Both the position numbers and the translations under genes were made by a program. The notes under the pieces are model-generated. The model was not told the DNA's origin. It did not search any database and saw only the letters and a list, made by a program, of their open reading frames with translations. From the NCBI GenBank assembly GCA_017686895.1, contig GCA_017686895.1_4521.1: DNA of 64,000 nt. One strand, written 5' to 3'. The DNA is from a phage. Below are positions 27,211 to 35,917 of this stretch, in pieces (the first letter of the stretch is position 1; each line of letters begins with the position of its first letter).

Positions 27211-27678
27211 ATGGGTATTATTAACACTGCAATAGATTCTGTTTACGCATATAAGTTTATTCGACTAATGCAAAAACCTTTTACTGAATGGAAAGCGTAT
27301 GAAGCCAAAATCATCGATGAACGTGGGAGTGTTCTTAAACGCCCTTCCACTCCTGAAGAGAAAGCGGCTTATACACCTTTTCATGCTTCAGTTCGTTCAA
27401 TGAAGCGAATGATGAGCACTGTTCCAGGTCTTAATGGAATGGCCTCAATGATGTCTGCCTGGAGTGCTGTAGCTTCACGCTATAACATTACGGAAGAACA
27501 ACAGAAAGAAATATTTAAAGAACTCCCTTTATTTGAGGATATGGTTGCTGGTGATTCAGGTGGCAGCCCTCAAGCTATTGCATCAGGAACAACTACAGGT
27601 GCAGTAGTAAATAAAGGTCCAGAACAAATTCCTTCCAAGAAAAGAAAGCGAATTAAAGTAAATATTAATAAGTTGTGA
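27211..27678 (+). CDS. hypothetical protein
   Basis: ATG after GGAGGT SD; basic KKRKRIKV C-terminus. Confidence 0.4.
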   Translation: MGIINTAIDSVYAYKFIRLMQKPFTEWKAYEAKIIDERGSVLKRPSTPEEKAAYTPFHASVRSMKRMMSTVPGLNGMASMMSAWSAVASRYNITEEQQKEIFKELPLFEDMVAGDSGGSPQAIASGTTTGAVVNKGPEQIPSKKRKRIKVNINKL

Positions 27679-27717
27679 TATGATGGCCTTATTAATTTAA
27701 GGCCTCTGGAGAATACT

Positions 27718-28740
27718 ATGGCTGAATGGATAGATAATGAATTTGCTTATCGTGCGTTTTCTCACCTACCTCGTTTTAGACAAATCAATAATTCAAGCAC
27801 ATTTAAATTAACATTTCGATGTCCAGTTTGTGGCGACTCCCAGACAGATGCAATGAAAGCTCGCGGATGGTATTATGGTGGAACTCCAGGTAATGTGCAT
27901 TGCTATAACTGTCAATATCATAATACAATTTCCGGATACTTAAAAGAGTATGATGAAGAGCTTTATCGCGAATATCTAATGGAAGTTCGTAAAGAAAAAG
28001 CTAGAATGGAACCAAAGATTGAAAAGGTTCCTGAAGCTAAGCCGGAACCAGAGAAAAAGACTATAAATTCTTTGCCGTCTTGTTCTCGTCTGGACAAGCT
28101 GCCCGAAGAGCATCCTATTGTGAAATATGTTAAGTCTCGGTGTATTCCTAAAGAATCATGGAACAGATTATGGTTCACATTAGAATGGCCTAAATTGGTC
28201 AACAAGATTCAACCTGGTACGTATAAGAAAGAGATTCCCGAACCACGTTTAGTGATTCCTATTTTTAATAAAGATGGGAAGGCCGAGTCATTCCAAGGAC
28301 GTGCACTTCGTAAAGATGCTCCTCAGAAATATATCACTATTAAAGCGTTTGAGTCTGCAACAAAAATTTATGGTGTTGAACGTGTTAAGGAAGGGGACGT
28401 CTGGGTAATGGAAGGCCCTATTGATAGTTTATTCATACCCAATGCAATCGCTATTACAGGCGGCTCGATAGATTTAGATGTGGTACCATTTAAAGAACGT
28501 CGGGTATGGGTAATGGATAATGAACCTAGGCATCCGGATACTATAGCTCGTATGAAGCGATTAGTTGATGCAGGCGAACGTGTCATGTTCTGGGACCGAG
28601 CTCCATGGAGATCAAAGGATGTGAATGATATGGTAATGAAAGAAAATGCAACACCACAAGAAATTTTAGAATATATGAAACAGAATATTTCAAGTGGGTT
28701 GCATGCTAAAATGAGATTATCTCGTTATTCGAAGATTTAA
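27718..28740 (+). CDS. 61: DNA primase gp61
   Basis: WIDNEFAYRAFSHLPRF and zinc motif FRCPVCGDSQTD match T4 gp61 as recalled. Confidence 0.9.
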   Translation: MAEWIDNEFAYRAFSHLPRFRQINNSSTFKLTFRCPVCGDSQTDAMKARGWYYGGTPGNVHCYNCQYHNTISGYLKEYDEELYREYLMEVRKEKARMEPKIEKVPEAKPEPEKKTINSLPSCSRLDKLPEEHPIVKYVKSRCIPKESWNRLWFTLEWPKLVNKIQPGTYKKEIPEPRLVIPIFNKDGKAESFQGRALRKDAPQKYITIKAFESATKIYGVERVKEGDVWVMEGPIDSLFIPNAIAITGGSIDLDVVPFKERRVWVMDNEPRHPDTIARMKRLVDAGERVMFWDRAPWRSKDVNDMVMKENATPQEILEYMKQNISSGLHAKMRLSRYSKI

Positions 28741-28934
28741 ACAAGCCCTATAATAGCAAAGGCCAAATCAACTACAGTATCCAATGGAACAGAAGGAACT
28801 ATAATACCATGGGCAACTAACAATGGTGCAATCCCGAAGTTCCATGAAATAATGCCACCTACAACTATTGCAGCGATGGCAGTTTTCTTTTTATTGCCTT
28901 TAATAGCGTTGATTAACGACGGAAGTTTAAACAT
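28737..28934 (-). CDS. small hydrophobic membrane protein
   Basis: 65 aa, two hydrophobic segments; GGAG SD 5 nt upstream on - strand; only - strand gene in this + strand block. Confidence 0.4.
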   Translation of the reverse strand: MFKLPSLINAIKGNKKKTAIAAIVVGGIISWNFGIAPLLVAHGIIVPSVPLDTVVDLAFAIIGLV

Positions 28935-29022
28935 AATATCTCCTTAGTTACCTATTATTTATTACGCTTTATAAAATTAATGTTAGAATTAACTCTCTTA
29001 TACTGAATTGAAAGGAAAAATA

Positions 29023-29544
29023 ATGGCGCACTTTAATGAATGTTCACAACTTATTTCTGGTGTTGATAAAGCAGAAGAAGTTTATTTTAATGCTCTGATT
29101 CACGAAGATAAAGACCCACTTCAGGTAATGCTTGATATGCAGAAATCTTTACAGGTTCGTCTGGCAAATGACAAGCCTGAACATAACAAACATCCTGATG
29201 AATTGGCTACTGCTGGTGATGTTGTTGATTGGCTGCGTAATCAGAAAGATTATATTGATGATGAATTCCGTGAACTGTTGACTTCACTTGGTGGTATGAG
29301 CAATGGTGAAAAAGCCGCCAGCAGTGTATGGAAGCCTTGGAAAGCACAACATGCTGAATATCGAAATCGTCGTATCGATGAACTGTCTCCTGAAGACCAG
29401 CTTGAAATTAAATTTGAGATGATTGATATTCTTCATTTCGTTCTGAATATGTTCCAAGGTCTGGGTCTTTCTGCTGAAGAAATCTTTAAACTTTACTACT
29501 TGAAAAACCAACACAACTTTGAACGTCAGGATAATGGTTACTAA
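29023..29544 (+). CDS. 56: dCTP pyrophosphatase gp56
   Basis: MAHFNECSQLISGVDKA...DPLQVMLDMQ matches T4 gp56 as recalled; start at ATG 29023 rather than track TTG. Confidence 0.9.
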   Translation: MAHFNECSQLISGVDKAEEVYFNALIHEDKDPLQVMLDMQKSLQVRLANDKPEHNKHPDELATAGDVVDWLRNQKDYIDDEFRELLTSLGGMSNGEKAASSVWKPWKAQHAEYRNRRIDELSPEDQLEIKFEMIDILHFVLNMFQGLGLSAEEIFKLYYLKNQHNFERQDNGY

Positions 29545-29550
29545 TTAAGT

Positions 29551-29558
29551 TATAAATA
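29551..29558 (+). promoter_or_regulatory. late promoter TATAAATA upstream of soc
   Basis: Exact T4 late promoter consensus about 30 nt upstream of soc start. Confidence 0.55.
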
Positions 29559-29589
29559 CACCTGTAATTAAACAACAAAGGAGTTAATT

Positions 29590-29826
29590 ATGGGTGGTTA
29601 TGTAAACATCAAAACCTTTACGCATCCTGCTGGTGAAGGCAAAGAAGTTAAAGGTATGGAAGTTTCTGTTCCGTTTGAGATTTATTCAAACGAACATCGG
29701 ATTGCAGATTCTCATTACCAAATCTTTCCATCAGAAAAGGCAGCTTATTCTACTGTAGTTTCTAATGCAGCTGACTGGAAAACTAAGAACGCTGAAATGT
29801 TTACCCCTACACCAGTAAGTGGTTAA
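29590..29826 (+). CDS. soc: small outer capsid protein Soc
   Basis: GYVNIKTF...HYQIFPSEKAAYSTV matches T4 Soc; TATAAATA late promoter upstream. Confidence 0.85.
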   Translation: MGGYVNIKTFTHPAGEGKEVKGMEVSVPFEIYSNEHRIADSHYQIFPSEKAAYSTVVSNAADWKTKNAEMFTPTPVSG

Positions 29827-29835
29827 ATAATTTAA

Positions 29836-29859
29836 GGAATCCTTCGGGATTCCTTTTTT
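29836..29859 (+). terminator. intrinsic terminator after soc
   Basis: ggaatcc-ttcg-ggattcc followed by tttttt. Confidence 0.6.
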
Positions 29860-29869
29860 CGTTTCTAGA

Positions 29870-29899
29870 GTTTACATCCACTAAAAACTATGTTAAGAT
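29870..29899 (+). promoter_or_regulatory. early-promoter-like element
   Basis: GTTTAC -35, TAAGAT -10. Confidence 0.4.
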
Positions 29900-29927
29900 A
29901 TTCTTACTTACTCAAGAGGAGAACATT

Positions 29928-30155
29928 ATGTTAAATCGTTGGATTAAACCTAATAACACATTAGGTGCTTTGATTGCTCAAGAAGTTTCGTTGAAATACG
30001 GCCTTGGATATTATGATGACGTAGTCGTACACTCATTCATGATGGATGGTGAAGACGTCAAATTTAATGCCGAAATCCGTTGGGATGATGGTGGTGTTCG
30101 TTTTGTTCGAGGAACAATTAATGCTTACGATGCTGAAGAAGTTATTTGTTGTTAA
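29928..30155 (+). CDS. hypothetical protein
   Basis: 75-aa ORF after early-promoter-like element. Confidence 0.35.
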   Translation: MLNRWIKPNNTLGALIAQEVSLKYGLGYYDDVVVHSFMMDGEDVKFNAEIRWDDGGVRFVRGTINAYDAEEVICC

Positions 30156-30168
30156 ACCAGGCGAAGGT

Positions 30169-30357
30169 ATGATGCCTATTCCTGATACACATGAAAAAAG
30201 TTGGGAATATATTGGTGACGGCATGATGGAAGAAGTTATTCGTCCTAAGTCTGCTTCAAGCTCTTCAAGTTATAATCATTCTTACGTATCATCCTGGTCT
30301 GGAGATTCTGGTTCAAGTTATTCTGATTGTAGTTCGGACTCAGGGAGCTGCGAATGA
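30169..30357 (+). CDS. hypothetical protein with Ser-rich low-complexity tail
   Basis: Start uncertain; C-terminal SASSSSSYNHSYVSSWSGDSGSSYSDCSSDSGSCE. Confidence 0.25.
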   Translation: MMPIPDTHEKSWEYIGDGMMEEVIRPKSASSSSSYNHSYVSSWSGDSGSSYSDCSSDSGSCE

Positions 30358-30533
30358 ACAGAATAGTAAAATGGTTTAAAAGCTGGAATGATGGAGTCGG
30401 ACCAGAAGATTGGTTAGATGCTCTTGAAGAGAATATGGCTAAAGAATTCCAGAAACATGAAGAAAAACTCGTCGAAGATGAAGGCGAACGTATTGTAAAA
30501 CTTTATATGGGTGAACCATCGAGGAAATTATAA
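30354..30533 (+). CDS. hypothetical protein
   Basis: 59-aa ORF hand-translated, ATGA overlap; below track cut-off. Confidence 0.25.
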   Translation: MNRIVKWFKSWNDGVGPEDWLDALEENMAKEFQKHEEKLVEDEGERIVKLYMGEPSRKL

Positions 30534-30997
30534 TGGATGCTATGTTATTTAAAATGTATTTGCTTGAAGCCAAGTCATTTAAACATATACCAGTAGAAGA
30601 TAAGACTCCACTAGAAATAGCTATTCTCATTAACAAAAGTCTAAATAATCCGCAATATATCGTAGAAGAATTCTGCAAATTGCAGATTCCTAAAGGTTAC
30701 AAAATTCGTGTAGAGCGAGTTGGAGCTATTACTCATTCTAAAAATTCTCCGTTTAGTCTTGAAGAAGGCATAAAGGACTTAGGGTATGAATCTACAGAAA
30801 ATGCTGTTTATGTGAATCCTGAAAAGCGTTTAGACCTGTTTGAAAAGCGAGACCATACGTATTTTGCCAAAAAATACTTTATTACATCATTAGCAGATTT
30901 AATCCATTTGCAACGAGCTATTTGGAAATTTTTTAAGACAAAAGGTGTAGCACTAGAAACATTCTCTGAACCTGCTAGTTTTTATTTAGGTGAATAA
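30533..30997 (+). CDS. hypothetical protein
   Basis: 154-aa ORF. Confidence 0.4.
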   Translation: MDAMLFKMYLLEAKSFKHIPVEDKTPLEIAILINKSLNNPQYIVEEFCKLQIPKGYKIRVERVGAITHSKNSPFSLEEGIKDLGYESTENAVYVNPEKRLDLFEKRDHTYFAKKYFITSLADLIHLQRAIWKFFKTKGVALETFSEPASFYLGE

Positions 30998-30998
30998 T

Positions 30999-31178
30999 AT
31001 GGACCTTATGAGTATGTTTGACGAGCCTGAAGTTGAGGCTCCTAAAGTGCATCGTAGTGAACTTGTTGATGAACTAGATAGTATTATACAACGACACGGC
31101 TTTAGTTTACCATTAGATGTCCTGAAAGACCTCGCCTCTTATTATGATGACCCTCCACCATGGAGTCCTTGGAAATGA
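30999..31178 (+). CDS. hypothetical acidic protein
   Basis: 59-aa ORF. Confidence 0.3.
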   Translation: MDLMSMFDEPEVEAPKVHRSELVDELDSIIQRHGFSLPLDVLKDLASYYDDPPPWSPWK

Positions 31179-31339
31179 AAGAGAAATTGAAAGAGAAATT
31201 CTTACTAGAAATCAAGGAAAAAGACTTTGAGACATGGTATCGAATGGTGAAAGGGTTGACATTGCTTTTTAAAGCATCGTTATTCGTGTTAGAACAACCT
31301 GGCCCTGATGGACCTTTAGTAGGAAAGCTTAAAAAGTAG
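31175..31339 (+). CDS. hypothetical protein
   Basis: 54-aa ORF hand-translated; contains 12-bp tandem duplication gaaagagaaatt. Confidence 0.2.
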   Translation: MKEKLKEKFLLEIKEKDFETWYRMVKGLTLLFKASLFVLEQPGPDGPLVGKLKK

Positions 31340-31367
31340 TTTACATTCCCTCCTCTCGTGTTATGAT
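31339..31367 (+). promoter_or_regulatory. early-promoter-like element
   Basis: GTTTAC -35, TATGAT -10 upstream of modB-like gene. Confidence 0.45.
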
Positions 31368-31394
31368 AGGCTTATCTTTAAATGGAGGTCTATC

Positions 31395-31976
31395 ATGACA
31401 TGTCAATCTGAACTTCAAGAACGCGAATATCTCGCAGCACTAATTGATGATAAATTCACTAAACAAGAACAAAACATTCTCTGGGCTTGCACTGATTATA
31501 AGGAAGACCCGGATTTCCACTATGAATTAGACCATCTTGTTCGTAAGCATATGACTTCTACAGTACCAGTAGAACTCTACCGTGGTGTAACTCCAGAAGA
31601 AGTAGAACGTCTTTCCCTTCTTTCTGTTGGATGTCATTGGTCTCCCGGACGAGTAACATCGTTTACAACAGACTTTGGTACGGCCAGACAGTTCTCTGGG
31701 AGTTGGGAATATCAAACGTACACTATTCTTAGTCTCAGGAATGCTCCGTTCATTTTCGATTACTACCAAAACATGGTTAACATTGTACTCGCCGGAAAGA
31801 ACCCTAAGCATGTTATGGAAGAAAAACGTGTTGACGTCCTAGATATGATTGAATCTGAACAAGAATACATGGTCTCAGGTATCTCTAGATTTGAGATTGT
31901 AGAAATTGAAGACTTAGAATATGACCCTTTATCTCGGTTATACAAAATCATTCATTTGAAAATGTTGAATTTTTAG
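31395..31976 (+). CDS. ADP-ribosyltransferase-like protein (ModB position)
   Basis: Arg (YRG), S-x-T (SFTTDFG) and acidic EQEY motifs in R-S-E order; paralog of next ORF. Confidence 0.5.
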   Translation: MTCQSELQEREYLAALIDDKFTKQEQNILWACTDYKEDPDFHYELDHLVRKHMTSTVPVELYRGVTPEEVERLSLLSVGCHWSPGRVTSFTTDFGTARQFSGSWEYQTYTILSLRNAPFIFDYYQNMVNIVLAGKNPKHVMEEKRVDVLDMIESEQEYMVSGISRFEIVEIEDLEYDPLSRLYKIIHLKMLNF

Positions 31977-32033
31977 TGTACAAACTCTTCCGATGATGAT
32001 ACTATACCTTTATCAACCACAGGAGAAACCTAA

Positions 32034-32642
32034 ATGTTTATGCCGTATAACGAGTGTGAAATTGAAGAAATGGTTCGTCGTGCTCAAAACCCCGAATATC
32101 AAGATGTATTGCAGTACGAAATTGATAGTCAATTCAGCGACATTGAACAAAGTGTACTGTGGCAGTGTATGGAAAACAAGCCAGTCTGTATTCAACAGGA
32201 GTTAAGTTCAATCGTTCGTAGAAATTGGACGTCTTCTGTTCCTGAGACAATGTATCGTGGAATCTCTAAGAAAACTATGGCCGCACTCGATGATAAAGGC
32301 ATTGGTAGTATTATTAAATTTGACAGAGTAATGAGCTTCAGCCCAGTGTTCGGTGTAGCACGTAACTTTGCTTCGTATAATTTTTACGGAACATTTAATA
32401 TGTTCTGCATCAAAGATGCACCGTTTGCTTTCAACTTCCGTGAACATATGCTTAACATGATTCTGGCTGCGCCATCTTGTGAGTTCAATGGAGCTTTCCC
32501 TGAAGCGACAAGACGGTCTAATGCTAGACTTATATCTGACGAATGTGAATTTATGCTCCCTATAGGGACTACACTGCGTGTAGATTCTATTATTCAAGAT
32601 GGACGTTATACAATCTGGAATCTGTCTATTGTCAGTTACTGA
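32034..32642 (+). CDS. ADP-ribosyltransferase-like protein (ModA position)
   Basis: YRG, SFSPVFG, DECEF motifs; paralogous to 31395-31976. Confidence 0.5.
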   Translation: MFMPYNECEIEEMVRRAQNPEYQDVLQYEIDSQFSDIEQSVLWQCMENKPVCIQQELSSIVRRNWTSSVPETMYRGISKKTMAALDDKGIGSIIKFDRVMSFSPVFGVARNFASYNFYGTFNMFCIKDAPFAFNFREHMLNMILAAPSCEFNGAFPEATRRSNARLISDECEFMLPIGTTLRVDSIIQDGRYTIWNLSIVSY

Positions 32643-32794
32643 CTGAATTGGAATAACCGGATGGAACTCAGAACCATTATAACACATAAAAAATTAAAGC
32701 ATTTTATGAAAAAAGAGTGTACACTACCTGAGGGCATGATATTATAAGCTTATCAGCTAAATGACCTAACGTCCGTAAGACAGAGGAAAATATT

Positions 32795-33541
32795 ATGTTA
32801 TCAAATAATAAAATTAACAAAATCAATCGTCGTCTTGACCACACCAGAGCTTCTGCGAAGAGACACTCTAAGGATTTTAACTTGGACTTTAATTACCTTA
32901 AAAACATTCTTGATCAAAAGGTCTGCGCTTACTCAGGTGAATCTTTTAATAACTCTGTTGAAGGTGAGAAATTATCCTTAGAACGTTTTAATAATGATAT
33001 AGGCTACATTAAAGGTAATGTTATCCCGGTTAAGAAAAAATATAACACGGCTCGTTCTGATTTAACATTAGAAGAACTTATTGAGAAACGTGATGCCATT
33101 GCAAGACGTATCGCTAATCCTTCTGCCCGTAAAGTAGAGAAACTTAATCTCGACGAGAAGAAATGGGCCCAAATTAAAAAGGTTTATGGTGCTATTTTAA
33201 AAATCCGAGCAAAACGTGAAAATCGTGTTAAGCATATGGCGAACATGATGAAAAATCAACCTTTATCTAACGAATCTAAACTTAGAATTGTTGCTTTAAA
33301 AGCACGCATTAATGGCTCACATCAAGCAGAAGGCCATGAACTTACTAAACTCAACGTTCTTCTTAAAGGCTCTGACTGGAAAACTAAAACTAAATTAACT
33401 GACGCTGAATCGCTTTTCGATACATATGATAAAGTTATCCAAGGTCTGCAACGTTTTGAAAAGATTGGTTTCATTGGTAAATTAAAATTGAAACGTGGCT
33501 TACCACTTAACGCATCATTATTCCAACTGATTAAAGGTTAA
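32795..33541 (+). CDS. basic protein with degenerate HNH-like motif (Srd position)
   Basis: VCAYSGESF...LSLERFNNDIGYIKGNVIPV resembles HNH core but lacks the catalytic His. Confidence 0.35.
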   Translation: MLSNNKINKINRRLDHTRASAKRHSKDFNLDFNYLKNILDQKVCAYSGESFNNSVEGEKLSLERFNNDIGYIKGNVIPVKKKYNTARSDLTLEELIEKRDAIARRIANPSARKVEKLNLDEKKWAQIKKVYGAILKIRAKRENRVKHMANMMKNQPLSNESKLRIVALKARINGSHQAEGHELTKLNVLLKGSDWKTKTKLTDAESLFDTYDKVIQGLQRFEKIGFIGKLKLKRGLPLNASLFQLIKG

Positions 33542-33543
33542 TT

Positions 33544-33855
33544 ATGGTTTATGTATATGCAATAGTTTATCGAGATATGGAAGGATTTACTGTCCCGGTC
33601 CCACTTGATGAGCATCGTCCTGCAGTATTTTTTAGAAAGGATATTGCAGATAAAGTTTTCGATACTTTGAAAACACAGTATAAAACAGATTTAAAAACGG
33701 GAGTTCTAAGAATGGTCGAAACTCCGCGTAAGTTCTGGTTTAATAAGCTTGAAATGAAACACGTTAAACTAGATGCGGAGACGCAAAGATTGTATCAACG
33801 AATCCTGGACACAGGCCGTATTGTTAGTATTCCAATTGCAGGGACTTTACGATGA
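33544..33855 (+). CDS. hypothetical protein (dda.1 position)
   Basis: 103-aa ORF immediately upstream of dda. Confidence 0.4.
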   Translation: MVYVYAIVYRDMEGFTVPVPLDEHRPAVFFRKDIADKVFDTLKTQYKTDLKTGVLRMVETPRKFWFNKLEMKHVKLDAETQRLYQRILDTGRIVSIPIAGTLR

Positions 33856-35165
33856 CATTTGATGATTTGACTGAAGGCCAGAAAAACGCCTTCAACGTTG
33901 TTATGAAAGCTATTAAAGAAAAGAAACATCACGTAACTATTAATGGGCCTGCCGGTACAGGTAAAACAACCCTTACTAGATTCATCGTTGAAGCCCTTAT
34001 TTCTTCTGGAGAATCAGGTATTATTTTAGCAGCCCCTACACACGCTGCTAAAAAGGTTCTAAGCAAACTTGCAGGTCAAGAAGCATCGACTATTCATAGC
34101 ATTCTTAAAATCAACCCAACTACATACGAAGAAAACGTATTGTTTGAGCAGAAAAAGGTTCCCGACTTAGCCTTGTGTCGTGTACTGTTATTTGATGAAG
34201 CGTCAATGTGCGACCGTCCTCTGTTTAAAATAATGTTAGCTAGTATCCCTAAATGGTGTACAGTAATTGGAATTGGTGACAGATGCCAGATTCGACCGGT
34301 AGACCCAGGCGAATCCACTGCGTATCTAAGTCCTTTCTTCACTCACAAAGACTTCGTGCAATGCAACCTTACAGAAGTTAAACGTAGCAATGCGCCAATT
34401 ATTGATGTTGCGACTGATATTCGTAATGGCAAATGGATTTACGATAAAGTAGTTGATGGGCATGGTGTTCATGGATATACAGACCTTAAATCGTATATGA
34501 TGAACTATTTTAACGTCGTTAAAACTCCTGAAGACCTTTTCGAAAATCGAATGATGGCATTCACAAATAAGTCGGTGGACAAGTTAAATTCAATTATTCG
34601 CCGAAAACTTCTTGAAACAGAAAAACCATTTATTAAAGACGAAGTCATTGTTCTACAAGAGCCATTTACTAAGACATATAAGCTAGACGGTAAAAATATG
34701 ACCGAAATGCTTTTCAATAATGGGCAATTCGTTCGTATTCGAGATGCTGTAGAAACGTCTACATTCGTTAAAGCACGTGGTGTTTCAGGCGAATATATGA
34801 TACGATACTGGAATCTTACAGTAGAAACATATGGTGATGATGAAGAATACATCCGCGAAGATATAAAGGTTATTTCTTCTGAAGAAGAGCTTTATAAATT
34901 CAATTTGTTTTTGGCTAAGACCGCAGAAACATACAAATTTTGGAATAAAGGTGGTAAAGCTCCATGGAGCGAATTCTGGGATGCTAAACGTATGTTCACT
35001 AAGGTGAAGGCGCTACCAGTATCAACCTTCCATAAGGCCCAGGGTATGTCTGTTGACACAGCCTTTGTTTATACACCGTGTATCCATTATGCTGATTCAG
35101 AATTAGCTAAACAGTTGTTGTATGTCGGCACAACTCGTGGTCGTTTTGACGTCCATTTTATTTGA
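33852..35165 (+). CDS. dda: DNA helicase Dda (SF1B)
   Basis: MTFDDLTEGQKNAFNVVMKAIKEKKHHVTINGPAGTGKTT matches T4 Dda as recalled. Confidence 0.93.
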   Translation: MTFDDLTEGQKNAFNVVMKAIKEKKHHVTINGPAGTGKTTLTRFIVEALISSGESGIILAAPTHAAKKVLSKLAGQEASTIHSILKINPTTYEENVLFEQKKVPDLALCRVLLFDEASMCDRPLFKIMLASIPKWCTVIGIGDRCQIRPVDPGESTAYLSPFFTHKDFVQCNLTEVKRSNAPIIDVATDIRNGKWIYDKVVDGHGVHGYTDLKSYMMNYFNVVKTPEDLFENRMMAFTNKSVDKLNSIIRRKLLETEKPFIKDEVIVLQEPFTKTYKLDGKNMTEMLFNNGQFVRIRDAVETSTFVKARGVSGEYMIRYWNLTVETYGDDEEYIREDIKVISSEEELYKFNLFLAKTAETYKFWNKGGKAPWSEFWDAKRMFTKVKALPVSTFHKAQGMSVDTAFVYTPCIHYADSELAKQLLYVGTTRGRFDVHFI

Positions 35166-35174
35166 GAGAAAATT

Positions 35175-35852
35175 ATGAGCACTGATGTTATTATAGATTT
35201 TGAAACATTCGGCAATACATCAAAAGCGGCTGTTATTGACCTTGCGGTTATTGCATATAATTCAGACCCTGAAGTTGTTGAATCATTTGAAGAACTTGTT
35301 CAACGAGGTAAGCGAATTAAATTTAATTTAGCTTCTCAAAAAGGGAAGCGAGTTTTCGCTAAATCCACTATGAAATGGTGGAAAGAACAATCAGCAGAAG
35401 CACGTAAAAACCTGGCCCCATCTGAAGACGATGTCACTACGCTTGAAGGCATTAAAATCTTTTTAGATTATTGTCGAGCTAATAAAGTTGACCAATGGAA
35501 ATCACAGATGTGGTGCCGTGGTATGAGCTTTGACTTCCCGATATTGGTCGATTTGATTCGTGACCTCTATCGTGATGAAGGTGTTCTTGAACCAGATATT
35601 GATACCGATAAATTAGAACCTGTTAAATTCTGGGCTCAACGCGATATTCGTACGGCAATCGAAGCTTACTCGTTGACACGAGGATTAAGTATGTGTCCAT
35701 TACCGATGGGTACTCTAAAAGGATTCGTTGCCCATGATAGTATTCATGATTGTGCTAAAGATATTTTGATGTTAAAATATGCTCAGCGTTATGCGCTTGG
35801 TCTTGAAGATGTACCTGAGAATCCTGACCCGTTAAGTGTAAAACAGCGATAA
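35175..35852 (+). CDS. dexA: exonuclease A (DexA)-like protein
   Basis: 225 aa immediately downstream of dda as in T4; DFETFG N-terminal acidic motif. Confidence 0.6.
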   Translation: MSTDVIIDFETFGNTSKAAVIDLAVIAYNSDPEVVESFEELVQRGKRIKFNLASQKGKRVFAKSTMKWWKEQSAEARKNLAPSEDDVTTLEGIKIFLDYCRANKVDQWKSQMWCRGMSFDFPILVDLIRDLYRDEGVLEPDIDTDKLEPVKFWAQRDIRTAIEAYSLTRGLSMCPLPMGTLKGFVAHDSIHDCAKDILMLKYAQRYALGLEDVPENPDPLSVKQR

Positions 35853-35857
35853 AACCA

Positions 35858-35888
35858 GTTTACAACCAAGGATGGTTGGAGTATAATC
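35858..35888 (+). promoter_or_regulatory. early-promoter-like element
   Basis: GTTTAC -35, TATAAT -10. Confidence 0.45.
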
Positions 35889-35917
35889 TTTCTATCTTAA
35901 CCAAACAGGAAAACATT

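Noticed and set aside
31175-31339. Tandem 12-bp direct repeat gaaagagaaatt x2
   Set aside because: Only two copies, inside a putative small ORF; too short for a repeat array or CRISPR.
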